Made by a program: the position numbers and the translations under genes | Source of the DNA: Desulfatiglandales bacterium | Lineage (GTDB): Bacteria; Desulfobacterota; DSM-4660; Desulfatiglandales; Desulfatiglandaceae | Assembly (NCBI GenBank): GCA_963666345.1 | Contig: OY762721.1 | Span: 1,056,001-1,120,000, forward strand | Direction: 5' to 3' | Length of the DNA: 64,000 nt | In this document: one piece after another, positions 29,374 through 38,936 of the stretch | How positions within the stretch are numbered: the first letter of the stretch is position 1 | How the letters are laid out: each line of letters starts with the position of its first letter | Notes under the pieces: generated by a model | Databases searched by the model: none | What the model was told of the DNA's origin: nothing | What the model saw: the letters and a program-made list of their open reading frames with translations, nothing else

Positions 29374-29646
29374 ACCTTACCTCCTTAGCACAAAGGATTT
29401 TAGATCATTAATGGACTTACCGAACACGACCGGTATAACCCTGCGAGCTGGGACCGACCGGCGTTGAAGCCCACCTTGCAAAAAAATAAGCCCAGTGCCT
29501 ATTTTTTTTACTGAACATCACATCCTCCGAAAACTCAACGACCTCCTGACACAAGTCAGGTTGCGAGCAGGTCATTAAGATTCATGAGGATATTCTAAAT
29601 TGACTCTCCGGTAAACAAATTTTATGGGCAATATCCTATTTTTTTA

Positions 29647-29657
29647 TGGTAAAACCA
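29647..29657. promoter_or_regulatory. FadR-subfamily (PdhR/LldR/GlcC-like) operator
   Basis: TGGT-AAA-ACCA palindrome upstream of dctP; same form as 47419 and 47634. Confidence 0.45.
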
Positions 29658-29866
29658 GTTCACTCACCGGAGAGGCATATACACAAAATATATACACCCA
29701 AAAAAATACATTTTATGCTAATATTACTGATTTAATATCGTTCTAGAATAGCATATCAAATCATGTCACACTTAAAAATACTCTACTTAGAACGTTTAAC
29801 AAACAGCATTTAAACTGTCAAGCCAAAAAAAATAAGCTTTCCGGGAGGAATTCCCTAGATTTTTTA

Positions 29867-29882
29867 TGCAAACGCCATGCCA
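29867..29882 (-). promoter_or_regulatory. sigma54 promoter for the lactate-type TRAP operon
   Basis: Minus strand TGGCAT-GGCGT-TTGCA; IHF-like TATCAA-AAGG-TTA at 29907-29919. Confidence 0.8.
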
Positions 29883-29976
29883 AAGCAAAAGATTGACTCC
29901 CTGCTTTAACCTTTTGATAAAACTGCAAATATTAGCACGCGCATAAATCAGGGGAGATGTTCACAATAAAATTGCA

Positions 29977-30013
29977 TGTCAAAATATTTTACAAAATGTA
30001 AAATATAATTACA
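29977..30013. promoter_or_regulatory. Upstream activator site(s)
   Basis: TGTCAA-N5-TTTACA followed by TGTAAAATATAATTACA; same motif at 42479. Confidence 0.65.
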
Positions 30014-30028
30014 TAAATGCGACTATTT

Positions 30029-31129
30029 TTACGCCACTTTTAAGCTGGTATTACCATAAGACCGCTTGACCACCAAGACAGGCTCTATCCCCATCTGCCC
30101 GCGTATCCTGTTTATGTCTTTTTCATTAGGGGGAAATGGATAATTGCGCATCTCAGGGCCGGGCCTTGAGTTCGCAAAAGGCCTGTTGCAGGCTACCTGA
30201 CCGTCGTAACCGGTACATCCGCTGGTTCTGAAAGGTTCTCCAGAATCCATAATATTGTCGAGCTTGCTCTGCAACAGCCCGAAATTCATTATTTTTCCTT
30301 CTTCATCGAATATAAAGCGGCTCACATCACTTATTTCATTGTCTATGATATAGCGGGCAAGCTGAATCCTCCTGTACTGATCCAGAGGTGGCTGGGGGTG
30401 ATCCGCCAATGTTGATCCAGGTTCCGGGAAAAAGGAAAAAAGATGGGTATACCCCCCCATTTTCCTTACCCTTTGGATCGCCGTGCACATCTCTTTCTCG
30501 GTCTCGCCCATCCCTACCATAAAATGGGACCCGGCATTACCCTTTCCAAAGATTGAAAGGCAATCTGAAAGGCACTCCCAGTATCGTTCCCATTTGTGAG
30601 GCCCCTTTACACCGCGTCCCCTGTATCTGTCAAAAAGGCTCTCTGTTGCAAGATCAATCGCCACTCCGATTTTATCGGCCCCCGCCTTTTTAAAATCGAC
30701 CAGGTCGTCACGATCAAGAACAGTAGGGGCTATCAAAAGGGACACAGGTACATCAAAGCTGCTCCTAAGTCTTTCGCATATATCACGTGTATCTTTTATG
30801 GCCCGTTTTCTCGTTACCATGGATATACAGACCCTTTTGACCTTATCCTGCCGGTCTGAAATCCTTTTTATTATCTCATCAACACCGTAGGTAGGCCACG
30901 TTACCCTTATAAAGCTTTTTTTGCCGTATTTTCCGGGCCTTGCCTTTGAAAGCCCGCAGTAGGCACATCTTGCCATGCAGCCATCCTGATAGGTCAGCAG
31001 CAGATTTATGCAGTTTAGTTTCGCGTTTCTGTAGAAAAGCCCCTGCTTGAAATCGAGCGTCATTGCCGCGGCAAGACTCATCCTCACATATTCAGGGCTT
31101 TCCTGAGGTTCTATAGCACTATCTTCCAT
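30029..31129 (-). CDS. lipS2: Radical SAM protein, LipS2-type lipoyl synthase subunit
   Basis: CMARCAYC (CX3CX2C); FRTSGC...CNRP resembles the LipS2 TXGCPXC(N/D)RP motif; lies beside lipoate ligases. Confidence 0.75.
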   Translation of the reverse strand: MEDSAIEPQESPEYVRMSLAAAMTLDFKQGLFYRNAKLNCINLLLTYQDGCMARCAYCGLSKARPGKYGKKSFIRVTWPTYGVDEIIKRISDRQDKVKRVCISMVTRKRAIKDTRDICERLRSSFDVPVSLLIAPTVLDRDDLVDFKKAGADKIGVAIDLATESLFDRYRGRGVKGPHKWERYWECLSDCLSIFGKGNAGSHFMVGMGETEKEMCTAIQRVRKMGGYTHLFSFFPEPGSTLADHPQPPLDQYRRIQLARYIIDNEISDVSRFIFDEEGKIMNFGLLQSKLDNIMDSGEPFRTSGCTGYDGQVACNRPFANSRPGPEMRNYPFPPNEKDINRIRGQMGIEPVLVVKRSYGNTSLKVA

Positions 31130-31141
31130 TTGTTTTTCTCC

Positions 31142-32095
31142 TTATGCAGTCTCCCATTGTTCGCCTGACAGGTCCTTTGATACCGAGCAACAGGTTCTTT
31201 GATATTTTATTTTCATTCCCAGTCTTTCGGCCGCAGATATCGCCTCATCAGAGGGAAGGGCCATTCGGTTTATTCCCGCCCGGATAGCAAGTTCCTCAAG
31301 CCTCGTGTTTCCACGCTGTCGCGCGCACCCAAGGCTCATCCTCGTCTCCGGCAGGCTCAGCCGCGCCTCTGCGATTATATCCGCCACCTCTTCGGACACC
31401 GGCAGACGGAACCTTCCCGCCCCCGTTCCCGGCAACTTCATGTAAGATACGATTACAAGCTGTTCCAGGTCAAAATCGGTCAGCCTCGCAATCGCCCTTT
31501 TCTCCCCCTTTATCCTGCCGAAAAAAAGGCCGCACACGATATGAGGCACCAGGGGGATGGATGCCTTTTGAAGCGCCTCCATGGATGCATATATTCGTGA
31601 TACCCCGAAAGGCACATGATATATCTGTTTATACGTCTCATCGTCCCCTATTACGTCTATGAGTGCCTGATCCACGCCTGCCCTCTTGAGCGCAAGTGCC
31701 TTACCTTCATCAACCATCCCGCTGTGTATCGACACAAAAAGGTCGGTCTTATTTTTTATCTCTTCAATTACAGCTAGAAATTCGCTCCATGGAAGACACC
31801 CCTCACTGTCGCAACCCCCGCTCAGCAATACGCCATGGTAGCCCCTGTCCGCCAGCTTTAGGCACTTCTCCTTTAAAGTTGCCGCATCTTCTGCATGAAT
31901 CATTGTCTTTAAAAGGCTTCCCCTGCAATGTTCGCAATCAAGGCTGCAGTTGTTCCCCGTAAGTGATATGGCGGGGTAACGACCCGAAATGCCATTGTAT
32001 CTGAACATGCCCGGCAGAAAAAAGGTTATCTCCCGCCCGAAGTGTTTCCAGGAAAGCTCTCCTGCCCTGTCAATCTTTTCAATTATCTCTTTCAT
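31142..32095 (-). CDS. lipS1: Radical SAM protein, LipS1-type lipoyl synthase subunit
   Basis: CSLDCEHC; GCAR and terminal CC motifs characteristic of LipS1. Confidence 0.78.
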   Translation of the reverse strand: MKEIIEKIDRAGELSWKHFGREITFFLPGMFRYNGISGRYPAISLTGNNCSLDCEHCRGSLLKTMIHAEDAATLKEKCLKLADRGYHGVLLSGGCDSEGCLPWSEFLAVIEEIKNKTDLFVSIHSGMVDEGKALALKRAGVDQALIDVIGDDETYKQIYHVPFGVSRIYASMEALQKASIPLVPHIVCGLFFGRIKGEKRAIARLTDFDLEQLVIVSYMKLPGTGAGRFRLPVSEEVADIIAEARLSLPETRMSLGCARQRGNTRLEELAIRAGINRMALPSDEAISAAERLGMKIKYQRTCCSVSKDLSGEQWETA

Positions 32096-33146
32096 AGTAC
32101 CGTTTATATGAAACCCAGCATTTCCTTATAATGCCGTCGAAATTCTCCCAGTTTTCCTCCATCAGATTTCTTCTGGAACATGCCCTTTCGAGGGTTTCCC
32201 CGAAAAGATCGGACCATTCGTCTTCATACCCGCCAAGGGCCTCAATATCCTTTGAAATTACCGCCTCGGCTGCCCATTTCCCCGCCATTCGACCACCCAT
32301 GACCGCCTGGGACACCCCCGCGCCTGTAATCGGATGCGTGTGCCCGGCCGCATCGCCGGCAAGGATTACGTTGCCCTTGCGGATCTTTCTGGGGCTTTCA
32401 GCAGGTATCCAGCCTGCCATGGTCCTGAAAGATCCCTCCCTGACCTTACCCTCACGGGAAAGTCTCTGCAGAAATTTCTTCAAAACCTCCTGGATAGAAG
32501 GACTCCGTTGATCCCTCTTTTTCATTCCGATTCCTATATTTGCCGTATCACCCTTCGGGAAAACCCATGCATATCCCGCGAAAAAGTCCTTTTCAATGTA
32601 GATCTCGGTAAAATCCATCTGCCTGCTCAGGGGAACCGAGTATTGTATACCTGGTATCAGATTCCTGTTTTCAGACCCGATCCATCTGCCCACGGTGGAA
32701 TGGGGTCCGTCGGCACCGATCACCACCTTGGCATTTACTGATATGTTATCTCCCGCCTTGGTCCTGAGTAAAATTCCTTCCCTGCCCCTCGAAAGGGCGG
32801 AAGTGGAAAGAAAAATCCTTGCACCCGCCTTTTCCGCCGCCTCCGCGATGCATTGATCCAGGATGTCCCTGTTGACCATAAAGCCGGGAGCGATGGTCTC
32901 CTTGTCTTCCTTTCCCGATATAAATGTCTTCATGCCCCTTACGGGCTGGACCACGAAACCACGGCCAAGGCCGATTTCCCCCAGCAACATGCCCGGGATA
33001 TATTCGGCACACCTGACCGGGATTCCCACGGTTTTCCGGCGTTCCGCAACCAGGACCTTAAGCCCCTTTTCAGCGGCGGCAATTGCAGCCGATGACCCGG
33101 CGGGCCCGGCACCCACGATCAGGATATCACATTCTTCTTGCTTCAT
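32079..33146 (-). CDS. Geranylgeranyl reductase-family FAD oxidoreductase (LipT-like)
   Basis: VGAGPAG, VIGADG, GYAWVFPK and GDAAG..HPITGAG motifs; adjacent to lipS1. Confidence 0.8.
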   Translation of the reverse strand: MKQEECDILIVGAGPAGSSAAIAAAEKGLKVLVAERRKTVGIPVRCAEYIPGMLLGEIGLGRGFVVQPVRGMKTFISGKEDKETIAPGFMVNRDILDQCIAEAAEKAGARIFLSTSALSRGREGILLRTKAGDNISVNAKVVIGADGPHSTVGRWIGSENRNLIPGIQYSVPLSRQMDFTEIYIEKDFFAGYAWVFPKGDTANIGIGMKKRDQRSPSIQEVLKKFLQRLSREGKVREGSFRTMAGWIPAESPRKIRKGNVILAGDAAGHTHPITGAGVSQAVMGGRMAGKWAAEAVISKDIEALGGYEDEWSDLFGETLERACSRRNLMEENWENFDGIIRKCWVSYKRYYERDN

Positions 33147-33166
33147 TTGAAAAACCGTTCCGGATA

Positions 33167-34738
33167 TCAGCGACTCCTCCTGACATCTGTGTTGAGGACC
33201 GTGTTCAACAGATCAAGGTTGACTTCGGTCTGGCTCGAGAAGGTCCCGGCGTAGGCGTCTTTCGCCTGGTCAAGTTCGTAACAGGTGGTGCTGTCGATAT
33301 CCAGGAGTATTCCGGGCAGCCCTGCCTTTTCAAAGTCGTCTACATGTTTGGTAAAAAAGGGCTGACAGCAGCAGCCTATATAGGAGGTCACCCCTCTCGC
33401 CTTCATCTTGAGCAATTCCTCCCACAGGTCTTCAAAGCTGACTATGCAGACGGTCTTCATCTTCTTTTTCCTGCCCATCTCCCATGCGGTCCCTATGGTG
33501 CACTTACCACAGGCTCGGCACCCCTTTTTATATCGCAATTCGCAGGTCGTAAGTTTGGAACAGTAGGGAAGGAGAAGGAGCGACGGTTCATCCTTGAGGA
33601 TTTCCTCGAATGTCCCGTTCGTAACCGATATCTTGTTGCAGTGCTCTATGGGGATATCATATTCTGATATGGCAATTTTCTGAAGTATCTGATCCACAGG
33701 CTTTAGAAAATCCTCAAAACCCATTCCTGGTATGGTGATTAATTTATTTTCAAAATACTCCCTGATGATACCATGGATCAGACCTCTGTCGAGACGCAGC
33801 CCTCGAAGGGCCGATTCCATATCAAAGAGGGCCCTGCTTGGAAAGGACAGAAAATCACCTGTAATGAAAATGTCCTTGATCCTCTTCTGGGCCTTATTTA
33901 TCGCCATGGTGAACCTCACCAGGCCCGAGTCGGCCTTATAGGCGGACTGAACCACCTCTTTTTTCTGATACCTGGGATTGACATGGTAGATCCATTCACT
34001 TGATCTGTAATAGTCAAGCTTTTCCCTGAAAAGATCCTTTTCCGATTCCGCAAGCCCCCCCGGTTCGAGTGTGATACCAAGCTCCTTTTCAAAACCCCCG
34101 GCAACGGCATCCTTTATCTCAGACAAAGAGGGGGTATGACCCAGCTCCCAGTTGAGGCACGTGACCCTTTCCTTGACGGAATCTATCTCTTTTGCCTTCA
34201 GCTTTTCCACCGGTATTCGAAGGCTCCTGAGCATCGTATCCACGTCAAAATCAACAAGCATGGTCCCCTGAAAAAGAAAGGCGTCGTCGGAGTCGGTGCC
34301 GCCCGTACCTGATATCTTCCTTCCGTTAACCTCTATGTCGTTTCTGGGCCTGAAATCGGACTCCACCCCGAGGATCCTGAGCGCCTCTACAACGGGGGCG
34401 CAGAGCCGTTTGAACAGTCTCAGATTCGGAAGTTTCACGTCAAAGAATGACTTGGAGCTGATGACCTCCCATCCAAGTTGATTCTCATCAAAAAACAGGG
34501 CACCGCCCCCTGTATTCCGCCTGTTTATCTCAATGTTATTGGCCATGCAGTAATCTACACGGACCTCCTCCTCCACCGACTGATGATAACCCACAAGTAC
34601 GCATCGCGGCGAAAACTGCAGGAAATGAATAGTATCAGGGGTCTCCCCCTTTCCCTTTAATTCCACCAGGGTTTCGTCAAGGGCCATATTTTCAGCCGCC
34701 GTCATTGGCGGTGTATCAAGGAGTCTCCATACCGTCAT
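33167..34738 (-). CDS. Lipoate-protein ligase family protein with an extra Cys-rich (DUF116-like) C-terminal domain
   Basis: NMALDE, RRNTGGGA, RKISGTG and ITGDF motifs; C-terminal LPYC-x5-C-x6-CxxCxxC...GCCC...C. Confidence 0.8.
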   Translation of the reverse strand: MTVWRLLDTPPMTAAENMALDETLVELKGKGETPDTIHFLQFSPRCVLVGYHQSVEEEVRVDYCMANNIEINRRNTGGGALFFDENQLGWEVISSKSFFDVKLPNLRLFKRLCAPVVEALRILGVESDFRPRNDIEVNGRKISGTGGTDSDDAFLFQGTMLVDFDVDTMLRSLRIPVEKLKAKEIDSVKERVTCLNWELGHTPSLSEIKDAVAGGFEKELGITLEPGGLAESEKDLFREKLDYYRSSEWIYHVNPRYQKKEVVQSAYKADSGLVRFTMAINKAQKRIKDIFITGDFLSFPSRALFDMESALRGLRLDRGLIHGIIREYFENKLITIPGMGFEDFLKPVDQILQKIAISEYDIPIEHCNKISVTNGTFEEILKDEPSLLLLPYCSKLTTCELRYKKGCRACGKCTIGTAWEMGRKKKMKTVCIVSFEDLWEELLKMKARGVTSYIGCCCQPFFTKHVDDFEKAGLPGILLDIDSTTCYELDQAKDAYAGTFSSQTEVNLDLLNTVLNTDVRRSR

Positions 34739-35802
34739 TTTTTCTCTTTAACCCCGAGTACCTCCAGCCAGTCTCTGATCTCGATTCCGGGGGTCTCCAC
34801 CTTTCTTTCTCCGTAAAATCTCTCAAGTGCTTCTTGCATATCACTTAAGCGCAATCCTTCAATATAAGACTCAAGCTGGCTTATACCACTCTCCGGGAAA
34901 CAAAAAAAATCGCCTGAGATATGAATCCCCGAAAGCCTTCCATCCGACAGCTGCATTTCGGCCCTTATAAGTCCGCCCATGGCCTTATGCATCCTCCGGA
35001 TGACATTGGTGCCCGCCCTTATTTTTATGTCCCTGCCATCGGGATACCTTCTTCCCCTCTGAAAAAGCCATTCATCGGCAAGCATACGGGATCTCAGTTT
35101 ATCCATAGTCTCTCTTAGCTCATCATCAATTCCGCACGGCTCCATCCGCCCCAAAAGCCTTTCAAACGATTGCCTCATCAGCCGGTTGAGCCTGGGTTCG
35201 GGCCATTCCGATGCACACTCTCCGAGTTCCCGCCTGATAGTGGACAGATTTTCCTTAAGTGTCTTTTGCACCTTGTCTCGGAATTTTTCATCAGGCACCC
35301 TCAACACCCGGCACATCGTCTCATAGTCGAAATCGACTATAAGATTTCCCACAAAGACTATACATTCGCCTATCTCGGAGGCGCCCGTGCCAGATATTTT
35401 CCTGGTACCCGCGATTATGTCGTTTATCGGCCTGTATTCGGCAGGTATTCCTATAGTTCGGTACACCTCTATTGCCGGGGCGAGAAATTTCTTGTAAAAG
35501 GCCTCTTTGTTGGCCGGAACAAGGGGACTTTTTCTTTTCAGTATCAGCTGGAAAAAAAGCTGATTTCCGTCAAGGTAAACCGCGCCTCCCCCGAGATCAC
35601 GCCTGAAAACAGGGATGCCCCTTTCTCTGCAGAAATCAAGATCCACCTCCTGCTCCAGATCCTGGTGAAATCCTATGCAGACATAATGAGAAGAAGGGGA
35701 AACAAGACAAAGCGCCTCTCTTTCCAGTCCGGCAAGGGCGTGGTAAATCAGTTGAGATTCATCCCAGGGAACCTTTCCGAGATTGTAGAGTTTCATGCCC
35801 AT
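34735..35802 (-). CDS. lplA: Lipoate-protein ligase (catalytic plus accessory domain)
   Basis: RRDLGGGAVYLD, RKISGTGA and ISGDFF motifs. Confidence 0.85.
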   Translation of the reverse strand: MGMKLYNLGKVPWDESQLIYHALAGLEREALCLVSPSSHYVCIGFHQDLEQEVDLDFCRERGIPVFRRDLGGGAVYLDGNQLFFQLILKRKSPLVPANKEAFYKKFLAPAIEVYRTIGIPAEYRPINDIIAGTRKISGTGASEIGECIVFVGNLIVDFDYETMCRVLRVPDEKFRDKVQKTLKENLSTIRRELGECASEWPEPRLNRLMRQSFERLLGRMEPCGIDDELRETMDKLRSRMLADEWLFQRGRRYPDGRDIKIRAGTNVIRRMHKAMGGLIRAEMQLSDGRLSGIHISGDFFCFPESGISQLESYIEGLRLSDMQEALERFYGERKVETPGIEIRDWLEVLGVKEKK

Positions 35803-36126
35803 TTTCGTCCGACCTGACCTTCAGAAACAGATTTTCTATTATTAAACCAGAATTCGTCAAAAATACCGTTTGCCGGAAACCAGGCGCTTAAATCACATCT
35901 GTCGGTAATGTCTATAAAAAAACAAGGTACGGACAACACTGTTACCGGAACCCGGATGCTGTCCATACCTTGTTCTCTGTAATGATAATCAAATTTCTCC
36001 CGCCTCCGCCCAAATGGCGGAAGCACACCGCTTTGTTGACAAATGCGGAGGGGATGTATTCCGTCGAAACCACAGGATACTTCCAGGGCCGAATAATAAG
36101 ACCCGATTTTGCCGATAAACTTATAT

Positions 36127-37311
36127 CTAGTCTTTAAGGGCCTTTCTTACCAGCTGAGTTATATCCAAGACCTGAAGGGGAATCTTGTTCCTCCTTACAT
36201 ATGTCGCCATGGTCCTTACGCACTGCTGGCAAGAGGTTATAACCGCATCCGCCCCGGTGCTCAGCACCTCTTCTATCTTTCTTTTTCCCACTTCCGAGGA
36301 AAGACCCGCATCAATCATCTCGAGGTTACCTCCCCCTCCGCAACACTGGGAATTCTCCCTGTTATGCGGCAGTTCCACGAACTTGACACCGGGGATGGAG
36401 CCGATGACCTCTCTTGGTTCATCAAAAACCCTTGCCCCCCTTCCGAGATCACAGGGATCGTGATAGGTCACCGTCATGGAAAGCTCCTTCAGAGGAACCC
36501 TTCCTTCCTTCATCAATTTAAGAAGGTACTGGGTGGCATGAAACAGTTTGAACTCGGAAGGGTAGTACTCCCTCCACATCTGGTAGCAGGAGGGACAGGC
36601 AAAGAGTATTTCCCTTGCTCCTCTTTCCCTTACCGCCTCTACATTGTGGTCTACAAACTGCTTGAACATGTCCATGAGGCCCGCTCCCAGAAGCGGGAAG
36701 CCGCAGCACCATTCATCCTCACCCATAAGGGTCCATTCGACTTCACTGGCATCCAGTATCTCTGCAAGGGCTATCGGAATTTTCTGTACAAGCGGAAAAT
36801 ACGCGGAAGTACAACCGGTAAAATAGACGAGTTCCGCCTTGTCCCTGATATAACTGTCATCAGGTGGATCATCCATATCTTCGACCCAGTCGGCCCGTTC
36901 CTCGTTATCCTCATTAAATACGTTATAGCTCTTTTCCAGATTATCCCTGATCATGTCTATCTTATTGGGATAATTGTCGCTGTGAACAAGGTCCTGACGG
37001 AGTGAAAGCCACAGCTCTTTAAGAGGAATTCCCACCGGACAGATTTCCTGACAGTTTCCGCAAAGAGTGCACTTGAAAACAGTGTCGCTGAAATGCTTGG
37101 CCTGCTCCGGAGTCTCAGGCCTTGCCCCCAAAAGCCTTCCAAAGACGGTCCGTTGTTTCAGAAGCTGCCTTAGGCCGCCGATACGGAAGACAGCGGAAAG
37201 CTCACCATCTTCAGATGCGGATACCACAGGGCACACATCCGCGCACATCTGGCAGTTGGTGCAGGCCCCCATAGAAAGGAGCTGAGTTACACTGTAGTCC
37301 TTGATGCCCAT
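36127..37311 (-). CDS. Fe-S oxidoreductase, two [4Fe-4S] plus two CCG domains (HdrD/GlcF-like)
   Basis: CTNCQMCADVCP and CTLCGNCQEICP; GC..CCG..CPSC and HDPC..CCG..CQQC. Confidence 0.88.
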   Translation of the reverse strand: MGIKDYSVTQLLSMGACTNCQMCADVCPVVSASEDGELSAVFRIGGLRQLLKQRTVFGRLLGARPETPEQAKHFSDTVFKCTLCGNCQEICPVGIPLKELWLSLRQDLVHSDNYPNKIDMIRDNLEKSYNVFNEDNEERADWVEDMDDPPDDSYIRDKAELVYFTGCTSAYFPLVQKIPIALAEILDASEVEWTLMGEDEWCCGFPLLGAGLMDMFKQFVDHNVEAVRERGAREILFACPSCYQMWREYYPSEFKLFHATQYLLKLMKEGRVPLKELSMTVTYHDPCDLGRGARVFDEPREVIGSIPGVKFVELPHNRENSQCCGGGGNLEMIDAGLSSEVGKRKIEEVLSTGADAVITSCQQCVRTMATYVRRNKIPLQVLDITQLVRKALKD

Positions 37312-37312
37312 A

Positions 37313-37735
37313 TTATTCCTGCGCGTATTTCTCTAGATCCGCCGCAATCCACTTTTCGATAGCTTCAGCACCCTTGATGAGGTCTCCAAGTTCGGCCTTG
37401 TCGTCAGGTTTTACCTTGTACATCCAGCCTTCACCGTAACAGTCCTCGTTGATAAGACCGGGATTGATTTCAAGATCCTCATTTACTTCAACGAGTTCTC
37501 CGTTCACAGGGGCAAATGCCTTTCCCAGCCACTTGCCGGACTCCAGTTTCGCGAACTTCTTTCCCTTTTTGAGTCTCTTACCCTCGTCAGGCAGCTGTAC
37601 ATAAACTATATCTCCGGCCATTCTCTGGGCGAAATCATCCATTCCGAGTACGAGCAGATCCCCCTCTTCCCTGACCCAGAGATGATTTTCCTCATAGTAC
37701 AGATCTTCCGGCATATTGTATCCTTGTACTTCCAT
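37313..37735 (-). CDS. gcvH: Glycine cleavage H-like lipoyl carrier protein (LbpA-like)
   Basis: HLWVR, GMDDFAQ, lipoyl-lysine motif LESGKW, and PGLINEDCYGEGW. Confidence 0.88.
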   Translation of the reverse strand: MEVQGYNMPEDLYYEENHLWVREEGDLLVLGMDDFAQRMAGDIVYVQLPDEGKRLKKGKKFAKLESGKWLGKAFAPVNGELVEVNEDLEINPGLINEDCYGEGWMYKVKPDDKAELGDLIKGAEAIEKWIAADLEKYAQE

Positions 37736-37834
37736 TGTTGATCCTCCTCTTACATTTTTTTGATTAGGCAGTCATGATTCAAGAGCCATTATGCTGCCGT
37801 CATTATCCCGCCTCTCGGATTACCCGATCAAAGA

Positions 37835-38935
37835 TCAGTCCTCCTCACGCAGCAGGTTTATAAACTCTGTCGTTGTATATATCTTGAGCTTCTGTTTTCT
37901 CAGTTTAGCATTCGCAAGGTTATGCACGCAGGAGTTACATTCGGTAAGAAGGACCTCCGCCCCTGCCTCCTCGGCCTCCTCAAGCCTTCGCCTTGCCATT
38001 GCGATAGAGTTTGCCGCATAGGCTCCTCTTACACCACCTCCCGCCCCGCAGCAAAGGGCCTTTTCATGGTGATGTCTCATCTCCACGAAATTGGGGGCTA
38101 TCTTTCGTATCGTATCACGCGGCTCTTCATAGATACCGCAATGCCTTCCAAGATCGCAAGGATCATGGTAGGTCACTTTCTTATCGGTCTTGAATCCGAT
38201 ATCGATATCCTTCAGGAACTGGGAAAGATGAATGCATTTCACTCCCTTTTCCTTAAGTTCCGCATATTGTTTCTTGTTGTTGAATGTACGGGAACAATAC
38301 GGACAACCGGTTATGACGGTCTTTGCCCCGGTTGCCATTATAAGATCTATATTCGTCCTTACATGCTTCTCATTTATGGGATGCCCCACATCCTCGAGCA
38401 CACCGCTGCAGCAGACCTCATCTATAAGAGTGTAATCCACCTCAAGATAATCAAGGAGATCGAGTGTTGCCGTTGTCCTCTCGTCCTCTCTGTAGGAGCC
38501 TACGCATCCTATGAAAAAAACATATTCCGCTTTTCCGTTTCGCTCTCTCTCAAAATCTTCAGGTTCGTCCTCGGCATATATATTATCGTGCTCCTTAAGC
38601 ACCTTGTTCATTCCTGTAAATGCAGGATGACATGACCCTATATGCACCATGTCTTTTCTGGCCTGCTTTATAATCTCAGGCACTTCCACCCCTGATGGAC
38701 AGTTTTCGGCACAGGCCCCGCATGTTGTGCACTGAAAAAGGGTTTCAATCAGCTCGTCGTTCAGATCAAGAGTGCCGTCCATTACCTCCTTGAGAAGCAG
38801 CATCTTTCCCCTTGCGTTGTAGGCGGGCCTGAGAGTAGCCCCGAATACCGGACATACCGACTGGCAGAAGCCGCATCTTGAACATTGGAGTACCTGATCG
38901 CGAAATTTTCTTTCAAAATCATATTTGGCTTCCAT
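37835..38935 (-). CDS. Fe-S oxidoreductase, two [4Fe-4S] plus two CCG domains (GlcF/HdrD-like)
   Basis: CSRCGFCQSVCP and CTTCGACAENCP; CCS..CPYC and CCG..CNSC. Start trimmed to MEAKYDF. Confidence 0.88.
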   Translation of the reverse strand: MEAKYDFERKFRDQVLQCSRCGFCQSVCPVFGATLRPAYNARGKMLLLKEVMDGTLDLNDELIETLFQCTTCGACAENCPSGVEVPEIIKQARKDMVHIGSCHPAFTGMNKVLKEHDNIYAEDEPEDFERERNGKAEYVFFIGCVGSYREDERTTATLDLLDYLEVDYTLIDEVCCSGVLEDVGHPINEKHVRTNIDLIMATGAKTVITGCPYCSRTFNNKKQYAELKEKGVKCIHLSQFLKDIDIGFKTDKKVTYHDPCDLGRHCGIYEEPRDTIRKIAPNFVEMRHHHEKALCCGAGGGVRGAYAANSIAMARRRLEEAEEAGAEVLLTECNSCVHNLANAKLRKQKLKIYTTTEFINLLREED

Positions 38936-38936
38936 G

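Noticed and set aside
30029..32095. Biotin synthase call for the radical SAM pair
   Set aside because: No bio genes nearby; LipS1/LipS2 motifs and a lipoate-ligase context are present.
35793..36026. 77-aa ORF inside the lipoate operon gap
   Set aside because: No recognisable motif, a non-ATG start and no clear SD; treated as intergenic.
37313..37735. Ordinary glycine cleavage system
   Set aside because: No gcvP, gcvT or lpd in the window, and the ESGKW motif and neighbours fit an LbpA-like role better.
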